Of a stretch of 64,000 nt of DNA, positions 20,914 to 30,800 are shown one piece after another (the first letter of the stretch is position 1; every line of letters starts with the position of its first letter). The notes beneath the pieces were generated by a model, which was not told where the DNA came from, did not search any database, and saw only the letters and a list, made by a program, of their open reading frames with translations. This DNA comes from Myxococcota bacterium (GTDB taxonomy: Bacteria > Myxococcota_A > UBA9160 > SZUA-336): assembly GCA_965247115.1 (NCBI GenBank), contig CBDFGR010000001.1, positions 160,001 to 224,000 on the forward strand, read 5' to 3'. Made by a program: the position numbers and the translations under genes.

Positions 20914-21722
20914 ATGAGAGCACGCGCACTTTTGGCGTGGCCGGCGCGAGCGGGGCCCGCTCGTGTGTGCGGCTGTCGGCGGGTTCAGGCGTCGGCAACA
21001 ACAACAACAGCGGCGATCCCGGCGCGGGTGCGGCGATCGGGCTCGGCTCTGGCGCCGCGGTAGGGGCGGCCTTGTGTGCAGCCTTCGCCCGCCCGAATCT
21101 CGAGCCGGTGGCCAGCGTGAGTGGTGGTCCGCTCAACGGTACGGCGCCTCTGACCGTCAATCTGCGGGCGGACGCGAGCGATGCTGACGGAGAGATCGTG
21201 AGCTACGCCTGGGATCTGGGGGACGGGAACACCACCAGTGGGGAGAGTCTCTCCCATACCTACAGGAGCCCCGGTGTCTACACGGCCGCGCTCGTGATCC
21301 AAGATGACGATGGGCTGATGGCCACGAACTCGGTTCGCATCAACGTGACCGCTCCCGTGAGCGCGCCGCCTCCTGCGCGACGGCCGCCCGTGGTTTTGGG
21401 AGACCTATTCTTTGCCTTTGACTCGGCAGAGCTCCTGGCGGAAGCGGACGGACCACTGGGTTCGCTCGTACGCGAGCTCCAGGGCAACCCCGAGCTGCGC
21501 GTCCGCGTGTCCGGCTACACAGACAACTCGGGCCCTGAGGAGTACAACCAGGTCCTCTCCGAGAGGCGCACGCAGTCCGTCGCCAGCTATTTGCGTAGCC
21601 GGGGCGTGGCTGCCTCACGCATCGACGAACGCGGCTACGGAGAGAGCAGCCCCGTGGCGAACAACGCCACGCGAGAGGGCCGCTCGCAGAACCGCAGGGT
21701 GGAGCTCGAGGTCCAGCCGTAG
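20914..21722 (+). CDS. PKD + OmpA-C peptidoglycan-binding protein, 5' end apparently frameshifted
   Basis: Gly-zipper, PKD (YAWDLGDG), OmpA (YNQVLSERR...NRRVE); the SD and ATG at 20914 are out of frame with these domains. Confidence 0.8.
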
Positions 21723-21799
21723 GCGAGACCTGCTCGGCGCGTACGTCGCCAGAGCTGACCACGAGGCGACTCGCTTCGGCGACGCCCGGCGTAGGCGGG

Positions 21800-21829
21800 C
21801 TAAAGCCGTAGGTGCCAAGCATCCGATCC
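21800..21829 (+). promoter_or_regulatory. Sigma28-like promoter candidate
   Basis: CTAAAG-N16-TCCGATCC upstream of the pilus operon kinase. Confidence 0.35.
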
Positions 21830-21967
21830 TTGTCTGGGAGCCGGAATGGGCGCCTCTGTCTGCCTGCTGAACGGCTTCTTGCCGGTCTGCATCGGCAGAG
21901 AGGATGCCGGTTGGCCGGCGATCCACGGACCAGAGGAGCGCGGCGAACGCAGCCAGAGAACGGGCGG

Positions 21968-23815
21968 ATGGATTCACCTCGAAGAATGGCGAACGAGCGT
22001 GTGGGGCTGGCGATGATCGCATCGTCGCTAACCGTGATCGTCGTCATCACGGCTCTGCTTCTCATGTCGCAGATCGAGTCACGCCGCGAGCGGGCTCGCG
22101 CGGACGGTGTGAGCCTGGTTGCGCTCCTCTCGAAGATCCCCTTCGAGCAGCTGGTGCCGGGAGACGGCCAGGACGGACCGCTCCAGGTCATCGATCATCT
22201 ACAGACGAACTCCGACTTCGCCTATGCCGTCATCGTGAACGTTCGAGGGGAGCCTGTGAAGGAGGTGAGCGCACCTGGCGTGATCGTGCCGCGCGCCTCG
22301 CTGGGGACGGACCCGACCTCGTGGCGTGGCGAGCGCATCCTCGAGGAGGAGGGTCCGAGGACCCTCCACGAGTTCTTCGGGCCGATCCTCATCCGGGGCG
22401 AAGTCGTCGGCCACATCCGGGTCGGCTTCTTCGAGCCCGGCTTCGGAATCATCTTCGAGCAAGCGCCCTTCTTCGCGCTCCTCGCCCTGCCGATCTTTTT
22501 GCTCACGCCGCTGTCCTACCTGCTGCTTCGCTTCGAGATCCGACCGCTCTCGGAGGCGAATTCCCGCATCACAGCGCTCCTGGACGGGCAGGAGGAATCG
22601 CGGGTCCGGACGGGCACCACCGGCCAGGTCGGGTCCTTCGTCCGCTCGTTCAATCAGTTTGTCGAGCTGACCCAGGAGCGGCTGCAGACCGCGCAGACGC
22701 AGCACACCGGTATCCTCGCGTCGTCCAAGGTGCTCTCGTACCAGAAGGCCCGGATCGAGACCATCCTGGAGACCTTGCCGGATGCGGCCATGGTGCTGGA
22801 CGACACCGGAACTGTGACGTTTGCGAACGCCAAGGTGGAGTCCTTCATCGGCGTTGGTCTGGGTCAGGTACTTGGCCACAAGCCGGAGGCCTGGTGCGAG
22901 CACCCCGAGCTGCTCGATTTTCTTGCCCGGTACCATGGCCCGGATGCGCTCCATCGCGCGGAGAGCCTTGAGTTCCAGCCTGACGAGTCCAGCCTGAGGC
23001 GCATCACCGTGGGCGCGTACCCCATGGTCCGAGCGCGCAGCGGTCCCGAGATCTCCGGGACGCTCATGCTGTTCCGAGACGTCACCTCGGAGATGCTCAC
23101 GAAGCAGCGGCAGGCCGAGTTCGTGAATCACGTTGCACACGAGCTGAAGACCCCGCTGAGCACCCTGGCGATGTACACCGAGTCGCTCGTGGGCAAGGAA
23201 GGGGCTGCGGACGACTTCCGGGTCGAGGCTTGCAGCGTCATCCAGGACGAGGTCGAGCGCCTCTCCTCCATGATCAGCACGCTGCTCTCCATCGCGCGGA
23301 TCGAGACCGGAAGCGTCACGCTCGAGCGCCAGCGCGTGCGCCCGAGTGAGTTCCTGCGGGACGCGTTCGAGACGGTCTCCCGGTCGGCCGCGAGAAGCAA
23401 TCTGAGCTTCAAGTTTGAGGTAACCCAGGAGCTACCTCCGATCTTCATCGACAAGGAGATGATGAGGATCGTCGTGAATAACCTCCTGACGAACGCCACC
23501 AAGTACAACCGCGAGGATGGCGAGGTCGCGCTCTATGCGGAGGAGAGCAGCGACGCCTTCGTGATCCGGGTCCGGGATAACGGGCTAGGAATCCCGCCAG
23601 AAGACCTGGAGCACATCTTCGAGAAGTTCTTCCGCTCGGACACCCACAAGTCTCGGAGCATCGATGGTCACGGCCTGGGTCTGACTCTCGCCAAGCAGAT
23701 CGTGGAGCTCCACGGCGGCGAGATCAGCGCCGAGAGCGCTCCCGGCGACGGGTCCGAGTTCTCCATCACGCTTCACAAGACGGCGGCTCTGCTGCGGGAG
23801 CCGGCGACCGGATGA
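21968..23815 (+). CDS. Membrane PAS sensor histidine kinase
   Basis: Two TM segments, PAS, H-box AHELKTPL, N-box NLLTNATKY, G1 DNGLGI, G2 GHGLGL; start uncertain. Confidence 0.93.
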   Translation: MDSPRRMANERVGLAMIASSLTVIVVITALLLMSQIESRRERARADGVSLVALLSKIPFEQLVPGDGQDGPLQVIDHLQTNSDFAYAVIVNVRGEPVKEVSAPGVIVPRASLGTDPTSWRGERILEEEGPRTLHEFFGPILIRGEVVGHIRVGFFEPGFGIIFEQAPFFALLALPIFLLTPLSYLLLRFEIRPLSEANSRITALLDGQEESRVRTGTTGQVGSFVRSFNQFVELTQERLQTAQTQHTGILASSKVLSYQKARIETILETLPDAAMVLDDTGTVTFANAKVESFIGVGLGQVLGHKPEAWCEHPELLDFLARYHGPDALHRAESLEFQPDESSLRRITVGAYPMVRARSGPEISGTLMLFRDVTSEMLTKQRQAEFVNHVAHELKTPLSTLAMYTESLVGKEGAADDFRVEACSVIQDEVERLSSMISTLLSIARIETGSVTLERQRVRPSEFLRDAFETVSRSAARSNLSFKFEVTQELPPIFIDKEMMRIVVNNLLTNATKYNREDGEVALYAEESSDAFVIRVRDNGLGIPPEDLEHIFEKFFRSDTHKSRSIDGHGLGLTLAKQIVELHGGEISAESAPGDGSEFSITLHKTAALLREPATG

Positions 23816-23887
23816 CGCCGCCGGTGGCGGAATGACGTGCCTGCCTGACGACGAGGGGCTCGCGCAGTCTCAGGGACGACCTGACGC

Positions 23888-25921
23888 GTGACCGAGATCG
23901 GGCGCTCCGTTGTCGGCGTCACGACGTTCCTCGTCCCCCGAGGACCCCTCAACGAGACGTCCAGGGTCTCGGAGCTCCGCGAGACGTTCGACGCGTGCAT
24001 TGCCGCTCGGGAGCAGCGCTTTGTCGTTGATCTCTCTGGAGTCGCGGTGGTCAACAGCGAGGCGCTCGAGGTGCTCCTCGACGTCCAGACCCAGCTGGCA
24101 CGCCTCGGCGGAGAGCTAAAGGTCGCGAACGCGAATGCGACGCTGGTCGACGTGTTCCGAATCACGCGGCTCTCGGAACACATCGCCTCCGTCGACGGGC
24201 AGATCACGCAGGCTCGCGCGGGGCCGTCGCGCCAGTGGGGAGGACGGGGTCGCCGACTCGGCGAGTTCCTGGTGGAGAACGGGCTCGTCACCGAGGACAT
24301 CATCACGCGCGCCCTCGACGACCAGAAGAAGTCGGGCGAGCGGCTCGCTCAGATCCTAGTGGACAAGGGCTGGGTCGCGGAGAAGGACCTGCTGGAGGCC
24401 CTGGGTGCCCAGCTCGGCGTCCCGTTTGCATGGCTGCGCTCCGGCCTCTACGACCCCGAGGCTGCTTGCCTCATCGATGCGGAGATCGCGCGCCGCCTCA
24501 AGGTCATGCCCCTGTTCAAGGTCAAGGGGATCCTGTACCTGGCGACGTCAGATCCCCAGGCTGTGCCCGTCATCGATTCCGTCGAGGATCTGACGGGCTT
24601 CAAGGTGAGGCCGGTCCTGGCCTGTACGGACGAGATCCAGAACGCGATCGCGGAGGCGCATGCCGAGCGGAACGACTTGTCCGAGTACCTGGGCGACCTG
24701 GGCGATGATCTGGAGCTCGTCGAGAGCCATGCATCCGCGGACCAGGAGGGCATCGACGAGATGGCCGGCGGGAGCCCGGTCATCAATCTCATCAACGGAG
24801 TGATCCAGCGGGCCGTCGGCGACGGCGCGAGCGACATCCACATCGAGTCCTCGCGCACCATGTGCCGGATCCGACTGCGTGTCGATGGCGCGCTGTACAC
24901 GATCATGGCTCCGCCCATGGAGGTGCATCCCGCGCTCGTGTCGCGGCTCAAGGTGATGGCGAACCTCGACATCGCCGAGCGGCGCCTTCCGCAGGACGGT
25001 CGGATCCAGGTCGTCACCCGAGGTCGACTCGTCGACCTGCGCTTCAGCTCGCTTCCCGGGATCTTCGGAGAGAAGATTGTCCTGCGCGTTCTCGACAAGG
25101 ACAACGCAATCCTCGAGATCGACCGCCTGGGCATGACCGAGCCGAATCGCGACACCTACAAGAGCCTGCTGGGTGCGAGCTATGGGCTCATCCTGGCCAC
25201 CGGTCCGACGGGGAGCGGGAAGACGACCTCGCTCTACGCCGGGCTGAATCACGTGAACAGCTCCGAGCGAAACCTGATCACGATCGAGGATCCGGTGGAG
25301 TACCAGGTTGACGGGATCAACCAGAACCAGATCAACGAGGGGATCGGGCTCTCCTTCGCAAAGATGCTGAAGCACATACTGCGCCAGGACCCCGACATCG
25401 TCATGGTTGGGGAGATCCGCGAGCACGAGACCGCGGAGATCGCCGTACAGGCAGCGCTCACGGGGTACCTGGTGCTTTCGACGCTGCACACGAACGACAG
25501 CCTCGGAGCCGTGACCCGACTGCTGGACATGGGGATCGAGCCGTACCTGCTGTCGTCGGCGCTCGTGGGAGTGATGGCGCAGCGTCTCGTGCGAACCGTG
25601 TGCGCCGAGTGTCGAACGTCCTATGTCGTGCCAAAGGAGACCCTCAAGGAGCACGGCATCGACGCGGCCAAGAGTCGCCGACTGACGCGGGGCAGGGGCT
25701 GCTCGGTCTGCTACGACTCGGGCTACAAGGGCCGCATTGCCATTCACGAGCTCGTGCGCTGTGACGCGGACCTCCAGCGCTTGATCGTCTCCAATCCCTC
25801 CCGCGACAGCCTGGACGCCTACGTGCGGGAGCGGGAGATCATGACGCTTCGCGATGACGGGATGGAACGCGCCATGAAGGGGGAGACGACGCTCGAGGAA
25901 GTGATCCGAGCCGTCGGCTGA
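23888..25921 (+). CDS. STAS + MshEN + PilB/GspE-type assembly ATPase
   Basis: STAS (VDLSGVAVVNSEALEVL), MshEN (RLGEFLVENGLV...LDDQ), Walker A GPTGSGKT, LRQDPD, HTND, CxxC...CxxC. Confidence 0.93.
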   Translation: MTEIGRSVVGVTTFLVPRGPLNETSRVSELRETFDACIAAREQRFVVDLSGVAVVNSEALEVLLDVQTQLARLGGELKVANANATLVDVFRITRLSEHIASVDGQITQARAGPSRQWGGRGRRLGEFLVENGLVTEDIITRALDDQKKSGERLAQILVDKGWVAEKDLLEALGAQLGVPFAWLRSGLYDPEAACLIDAEIARRLKVMPLFKVKGILYLATSDPQAVPVIDSVEDLTGFKVRPVLACTDEIQNAIAEAHAERNDLSEYLGDLGDDLELVESHASADQEGIDEMAGGSPVINLINGVIQRAVGDGASDIHIESSRTMCRIRLRVDGALYTIMAPPMEVHPALVSRLKVMANLDIAERRLPQDGRIQVVTRGRLVDLRFSSLPGIFGEKIVLRVLDKDNAILEIDRLGMTEPNRDTYKSLLGASYGLILATGPTGSGKTTSLYAGLNHVNSSERNLITIEDPVEYQVDGINQNQINEGIGLSFAKMLKHILRQDPDIVMVGEIREHETAEIAVQAALTGYLVLSTLHTNDSLGAVTRLLDMGIEPYLLSSALVGVMAQRLVRTVCAECRTSYVVPKETLKEHGIDAAKSRRLTRGRGCSVCYDSGYKGRIAIHELVRCDADLQRLIVSNPSRDSLDAYVREREIMTLRDDGMERAMKGETTLEEVIRAVG

Positions 25922-25931
25922 ATCGGACAGG

Positions 25932-27044
25932 ATGCCCATCGAGATACAACGCGCCTCGCGCGTCGGAGCCCAGGGTGTAGGGCTTCGGCTAGGAGAGTGG
26001 TTCGCTCGCTCACCGCGGGTACGGGGCAAGGCCCTGATGTTCTTCACGGAGCGGCTCGCATTGTTGATCGAGGCCGGCATCCCCCTGCACTCGAGCCTGG
26101 AAACACTCGAGCGACAGGCCTCTGCCTCGGTAAGGCGGATGATTCGAGAGCTCCGGATAGGTGTCTCCGAAGGCCTGTCGCTTTCTCAGGCTCTGGCGAG
26201 ACAGCCGGAGACCTTCAACAGCACCTACGTCAATCTGGTGGCTGCGGGCGAGCAGGGCGGGTTCCTGCCCGAGGTTCTCGAGCGCTTGAAGGAGATGGAC
26301 GAGAAGCGCCAGGAGCTGAACTCGACCTTGGTGGCCGCGCTCTCCTACCCGGCCTTCCTCGCCGTGTTCTCCACGGCGGTGGTCGCCTTTGTCCTGCTCG
26401 TGGTCTTTCCGAAGTTTGCGGAGCTCTTTGCGAGCATCCAGGACCAGCTACCGCTCACGACGCGCGGTCTGATGTGGGTGAGCGAGGGGTTGGGAAGCTA
26501 CTGGCCGTTCCTGCTGGGAGGCCTTGCAGGGGCAGTTCTCGTCTTCTGGCAATGGGTGTCTCGCCCCGAGGGCGCCGCCGCAGTGGACCGTGTCGTGCTC
26601 CGGGTGCCCTTGCTTCGAGACATCGTGGTGCAGCTGAACGTGGTGCAGTTCATGCGCGTCATGAGCCTGTCCATCGGAAACGGTGTGGGGCTTCTGGATG
26701 CCTTGCGCGCTTGTCGGGACGTCGCCCGCAGTCCGTCCTTCGAGCGCTTCATCGAGAGGCTCGAGACTCGGGTGAGCGAAGGCGGTCGCATCGCGTCGGG
26801 GCTCGATCAGCAGCTCCTTCCCCCACTCGTGCCGGAGATGGTCGCGACCGGTGAGGAGACGGGGAACCTGGCGCTCGTCATGGGACGTGTGGCGGACTTC
26901 TACGAGAGGGAATGGCGCAGGAAGCTCGCCCTCGTCTCGAAGATCGCGGAGCCTGCGATGCTTCTCGTGATGGGAGCGGTGGTCGGGCTCCTCGTCAGCT
27001 CTCTGATCCTGCCGATCTTCCAGCTCTCTCGAGCCGTAGGCTAG
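25932..27044 (+). CDS. PilC/GspF inner-membrane platform protein
   Basis: AGEQGG, ALSYP, TGEETGNL, EPAML. Confidence 0.93.
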   Translation: MPIEIQRASRVGAQGVGLRLGEWFARSPRVRGKALMFFTERLALLIEAGIPLHSSLETLERQASASVRRMIRELRIGVSEGLSLSQALARQPETFNSTYVNLVAAGEQGGFLPEVLERLKEMDEKRQELNSTLVAALSYPAFLAVFSTAVVAFVLLVVFPKFAELFASIQDQLPLTTRGLMWVSEGLGSYWPFLLGGLAGAVLVFWQWVSRPEGAAAVDRVVLRVPLLRDIVVQLNVVQFMRVMSLSIGNGVGLLDALRACRDVARSPSFERFIERLETRVSEGGRIASGLDQQLLPPLVPEMVATGEETGNLALVMGRVADFYEREWRRKLALVSKIAEPAMLLVMGAVVGLLVSSLILPIFQLSRAVG

Positions 27045-27061
27045 CCCTCTACCTGGTGCGT

Positions 27062-27090
27062 CTAAAGCGGCTATCCCGGCGGGTCGATAG
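27062..27090 (+). promoter_or_regulatory. Sigma28-like promoter candidate for the major pilin
   Basis: CTAAAG-N15-GTCGATAG. Confidence 0.45.
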
Positions 27091-27124
27091 GCAGATGAGA
27101 CTCCAACCTGAAACGGAGCGGAAA

Positions 27125-27640
27125 ATGGCGAAGGGACCTCTCAGCCGCAACCACCAGCGAGGCGGGTTTACGCTCGTGGAGCTACTGATCGTGGTGATCA
27201 TCCTGGCAATTCTGGCGGCGATCGTCGTACCCCAGTTTGCCACGTCGACCGATGACGCGAAGGAGGCTGCGCTGGACAGCACGCTCGCGAACATTCGTGA
27301 CGTCCTCGACCTGTACTTCGCGCAGCATGGTGAGTATCCGGCCGCCCTTCCCGATGGAAAGAGCGCCGCGGACACCGAAGCCACCTTCATCACCCAGCTG
27401 TCGCTGTATACGGATGCAGACGGGGACTCCAGAGACACCAAGGATGCGACACATACCTACGGTCCCTACCTCAAGCTCCCGCAGGTGCCGAAAGAGCCGA
27501 TGACCAACTCTCGGGCGATCGTGCTCATCAGTGCCGGAAGCCTGAACATGACGGCGGACAACGGGGATCCCGGAGGCTGGAAGTACGACACCGCCACGGG
27601 AAAGATCATCGTCAACCACGGCACCTGGGAAGCTCGCTAG
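27125..27640 (+). CDS. Major type IV pilin/pseudopilin
   Basis: Class III signal G|FTLVELLIVVIILAILAAIVVP; GPYL motif. Confidence 0.92.
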   Translation: MAKGPLSRNHQRGGFTLVELLIVVIILAILAAIVVPQFATSTDDAKEAALDSTLANIRDVLDLYFAQHGEYPAALPDGKSAADTEATFITQLSLYTDADGDSRDTKDATHTYGPYLKLPQVPKEPMTNSRAIVLISAGSLNMTADNGDPGGWKYDTATGKIIVNHGTWEAR

Positions 27641-27683
27641 ACCCGAGAGGAGCCTGCGCCCGAGGTGCGGACGCTCGTGCTGG

Positions 27684-28220
27684 ATGCGGCCAGCAGGACT
27701 CTCGATCGCGGAGCTGCTCGTAGTCGCCCTCGTGATGGCCACCGCAGGCCTCGTCGTAGTGGGGCGCTCGACTTCGGTCAATGACGAGGTACGCATCGAT
27801 CTCGCGACCTCCGAGGTCGCTGGCGCTCTGCGCTTTGCCCGCAGCGAGGCCGTTCGGAGCGGGCAATACCACGGAGCTCGCATCGACAGCGCGCAGCAGC
27901 GGATCCGCGTCTATCGGCTCGACGTCAGCAGCCTTCCAGCCGTCGAGGAGTACGTAGTGGCCCACCCTGTCGACAAGCAGCTCTTCGACATCAGCCTCAG
28001 GAGCCGATCGTTCACGCCGGACGGCGGAATCACGAGCGTGGAGTTCCGTTTTGGAGGGGATTCGACGCCCCGCGCGTCCGTAGCCTTCGACGCCAGGGGG
28101 ACTCCGGTCTCTCCGCTCGACCTCACTCTCATGGACAGTGGCCGCGTGACCTTCGGCCTGGACGGTTTGCTCGCAATGGTTTCGATCGCGCCGCTATCCG
28201 GGCTGGTGAGGACCCGGTAG
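27684..28220 (+). CDS. FimT/GspH-like minor pilin
   Basis: G|LSIAELL; LRFARSEAV; VAFDARG. Confidence 0.85.
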   Translation: MRPAGLSIAELLVVALVMATAGLVVVGRSTSVNDEVRIDLATSEVAGALRFARSEAVRSGQYHGARIDSAQQRIRVYRLDVSSLPAVEEYVVAHPVDKQLFDISLRSRSFTPDGGITSVEFRFGGDSTPRASVAFDARGTPVSPLDLTLMDSGRVTFGLDGLLAMVSIAPLSGLVRTR

Positions 28221-28633
28221 TGGATCGCGGCCGACAGGCCGGCTTCTCCTACGTGGAGGTCATCATCGGCACGTTGGTCCTCACGGTGGCGCTCCTGCCG
28301 GCGCTCGACGCCCTGCGAGCCGGCATGCTCAGCGCCGACGTCGACGAGTCGATCACGGCAGCATACGTTCGGCTGCGCGACAAGACGGAGCTCGTGCTGG
28401 CGCAGCCCTTCTACGCGCTGGCGCTGGAAGAGACGAGCGCCGCCGGAGCTCCGAGCGCGTACTCGGACGCCGTCACGACACCCGGTCGGCGCCTGGTCTA
28501 CCTGTATCGCCACGACGGAGACGATGCGGACGGGGACGCAGACCCTGCCACGGGGACCGACGCCGGGATCCTCCGCCTGCGGGTCGTGATCGACCAGACC
28601 CACCACTCGGTCGAGACCCTGGTCTCCCAGTGA
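28220..28633 (+). CDS. PilV/GspI-like minor pilin
   Basis: G|FSYVEVII. Confidence 0.82.
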   Translation: MDRGRQAGFSYVEVIIGTLVLTVALLPALDALRAGMLSADVDESITAAYVRLRDKTELVLAQPFYALALEETSAAGAPSAYSDAVTTPGRRLVYLYRHDGDDADGDADPATGTDAGILRLRVVIDQTHHSVETLVSQ

Positions 28634-29460
28634 GCCCTCCACTACAGAGGCACTCGGGGTTCACGCTGCTGGAGCTCGTCGCTGTGCTGGCGGGCAGCGC
28701 CATCCTGATGGTGGGGCTGAGCGGCGTCGTTGGACGAGCGCTGGCGACCTGGGACGTGACGCGGGAGCAGACGCAGCTCACGCGGCAGGGACGCTTCGCG
28801 CTGGACAGGATCGTCGCGGCGACGAACGGCGCGGGGCAGCTGCTCGTCCCTGGCCCGGACAACGCGGCCACGGGCTACAGTGAAGCGATCCGCGACGTCC
28901 TGGCCGTGCTGCTGGACCCCACGCTCGACCGGGACCGGGACGGCTTCGTCGATGCCGACAACGACAAGGACGGGCTCGTCGACGAGGACCTGGGCGACGA
29001 CGCCACGAACGACGGCGCGCCAGGGATCGTCGGCGTCGACGACGACAACGACAGCACAACCGACGAGGGCAGCACGCGGGATGACGACGAGGACGGGCTC
29101 GTAGACGAAGATCCTGTGGACGGCACCGATGATGATGGCGACGGCCGCATCGACGAGGACTCGGGGTCGCTCGCCGACGACGATGGAGATGCTATCGCGA
29201 ACGAGGACTGGCTCGATCCCGTCGTCTTTCGCCTGAGCGGGACCACGTTGCTGGAGCGCATTCCCAACCCGAATCCTCTCGACGGAACGGACTACACAGA
29301 GCTGGTGCTCGCAGAGAACGTTAGCCAATTCCGGGTCGAGAGGATCCCACCCGGTACCGATGATCGAGCGCTCCTGGTCCTGATTGCTCTCGAGCTCGTA
29401 GGTCCACAGGGCAGTACGCTCTCTCTCAGCTCGCACGTGCGCGTTCCGAGGCGGCGCTGA
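28630..29460 (+). CDS. PilW/GspJ-like minor pilin with acidic DxDxDGxxDED repeats
   Basis: G|FTLLELV; central Asp-rich repeats. Confidence 0.85.
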   Translation: MSPPLQRHSGFTLLELVAVLAGSAILMVGLSGVVGRALATWDVTREQTQLTRQGRFALDRIVAATNGAGQLLVPGPDNAATGYSEAIRDVLAVLLDPTLDRDRDGFVDADNDKDGLVDEDLGDDATNDGAPGIVGVDDDNDSTTDEGSTRDDDEDGLVDEDPVDGTDDDGDGRIDEDSGSLADDDGDAIANEDWLDPVVFRLSGTTLLERIPNPNPLDGTDYTELVLAENVSQFRVERIPPGTDDRALLVLIALELVGPQGSTLSLSSHVRVPRRR

Positions 29461-29609
29461 CCCGAATGTCGCGACGGGGCCGCAGCTGACGAGCTGCCTC
29501 GCTGCGCAACAGACGCGTCCCTGCCCAGCAAAACACCGAGATTCTCGGGCCCGTTGCCGATACTGACACTACGGGACGAAGTGCACGCGAGAACCCGCGA
29601 GAGAGAGCG

Positions 29610-30800
29610 ATGAAGCTGCTCGACGAGATCTGGGAGCTCTGGTCGACCACCCGGTTTCAGGGCGGCGAGCTACGCGTCTACGCCGAAGAGCACATGGTCG
29701 ACGAGACACGCACGGGTGTTCGCGCAATGAGCGTGGTGTTCCTCATGCTCTTGCTCGGCTCGATCCTGGTGTACGACAAGATAGGCCTGGGCAAGCAGTA
29801 CCTCTACACCAGTGCCGCCCTCGCGGCGCTGTCGGTCCACGTCTACTTCTCTGCTCGAGCAATCAACGAGATCAAGAGCCTGCATGTGCTCGGGATGACG
29901 CTTCTGATCATCAGCGGTACGGCCTTCGTCTTGCTCGCCCATCAGACGGGCGCCTTTGGCGCCGCCCTCTTCAGCAGCGTCGTCCTCCTGTTCATGGTGA
30001 TCCCCATGGTGCCGTGGGGACTGCGCGAGGCCTCGCTCGTCACGCTATTGATCTATGCCGTCTTCTCGTCCTCTACCTGGAGCATGGGGCACCGCTTTCA
30101 GGCCGAGCAGCTCTGGACGCTGCAGCTCTTCATGTTTGCGGCGGCAACGGTGAGCTTGACGCTCGTGGCCCGCGGCGCGAGCGTGCGCAAGCAGGACATC
30201 AGCACCCGCTTCGAGCTCGAGAAATCGCACCGGAAGATGGAGATGCTCAGCCACCAGGACGCGCTGACCGGCGCCTGGAATCGTCGCTATCTCGAAGCGG
30301 AATTCGACGCCTATCTGGAGCGGGTGCACAAGTCCGGAATGCTCATGCACTTCGCCCTGTTCGACGTGGACAACTTCAAGCAGATGAACGACCTGTGTGG
30401 CCACATCTATGGTGACGAGGTGCTCTGCTGGATGGCCGCGAGCTTCCAGGAGAACCTCGGCGAGACGGGCTTCGCCGCCCGAACGGGCGGTGACGAGTTC
30501 GGAGTCGTTCTCAGCGGCGATGAGCCCGAATCGCTGCTGACCCAGTCCATCGAGGACGTTCGGGCGGCTGCCGCTCATGAAGCGAGGCCGGGGGCCCCGG
30601 AAGTGTCGATCAGCGTGGGACTCGTGACGCTCCTCCCCGGCGTCGACGTGTCCCTTGACTCGGCATACCAGGCTGCAGACAAGGCGCTGTACGAGGCGAA
30701 GGAAGGCAAGTCGAGCGGGCCGAGCATGATCCGGATCTCGCGCGTGACGCTGACCTGCAGCACTCGCGGCACAGGGGGAGCCCGGAACCCTGGGCAATGA
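29610..30800 (+). CDS. Membrane-bound diguanylate cyclase
   Basis: About 5-6 TM segments; DALTGAWNRR, DVDNFKQMND, intact GGDEF; no RxxD I-site. Confidence 0.93.
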   Translation: MKLLDEIWELWSTTRFQGGELRVYAEEHMVDETRTGVRAMSVVFLMLLLGSILVYDKIGLGKQYLYTSAALAALSVHVYFSARAINEIKSLHVLGMTLLIISGTAFVLLAHQTGAFGAALFSSVVLLFMVIPMVPWGLREASLVTLLIYAVFSSSTWSMGHRFQAEQLWTLQLFMFAAATVSLTLVARGASVRKQDISTRFELEKSHRKMEMLSHQDALTGAWNRRYLEAEFDAYLERVHKSGMLMHFALFDVDNFKQMNDLCGHIYGDEVLCWMAASFQENLGETGFAARTGGDEFGVVLSGDEPESLLTQSIEDVRAAAAHEARPGAPEVSISVGLVTLLPGVDVSLDSAYQAADKALYEAKEGKSSGPSMIRISRVTLTCSTRGTGGARNPGQ

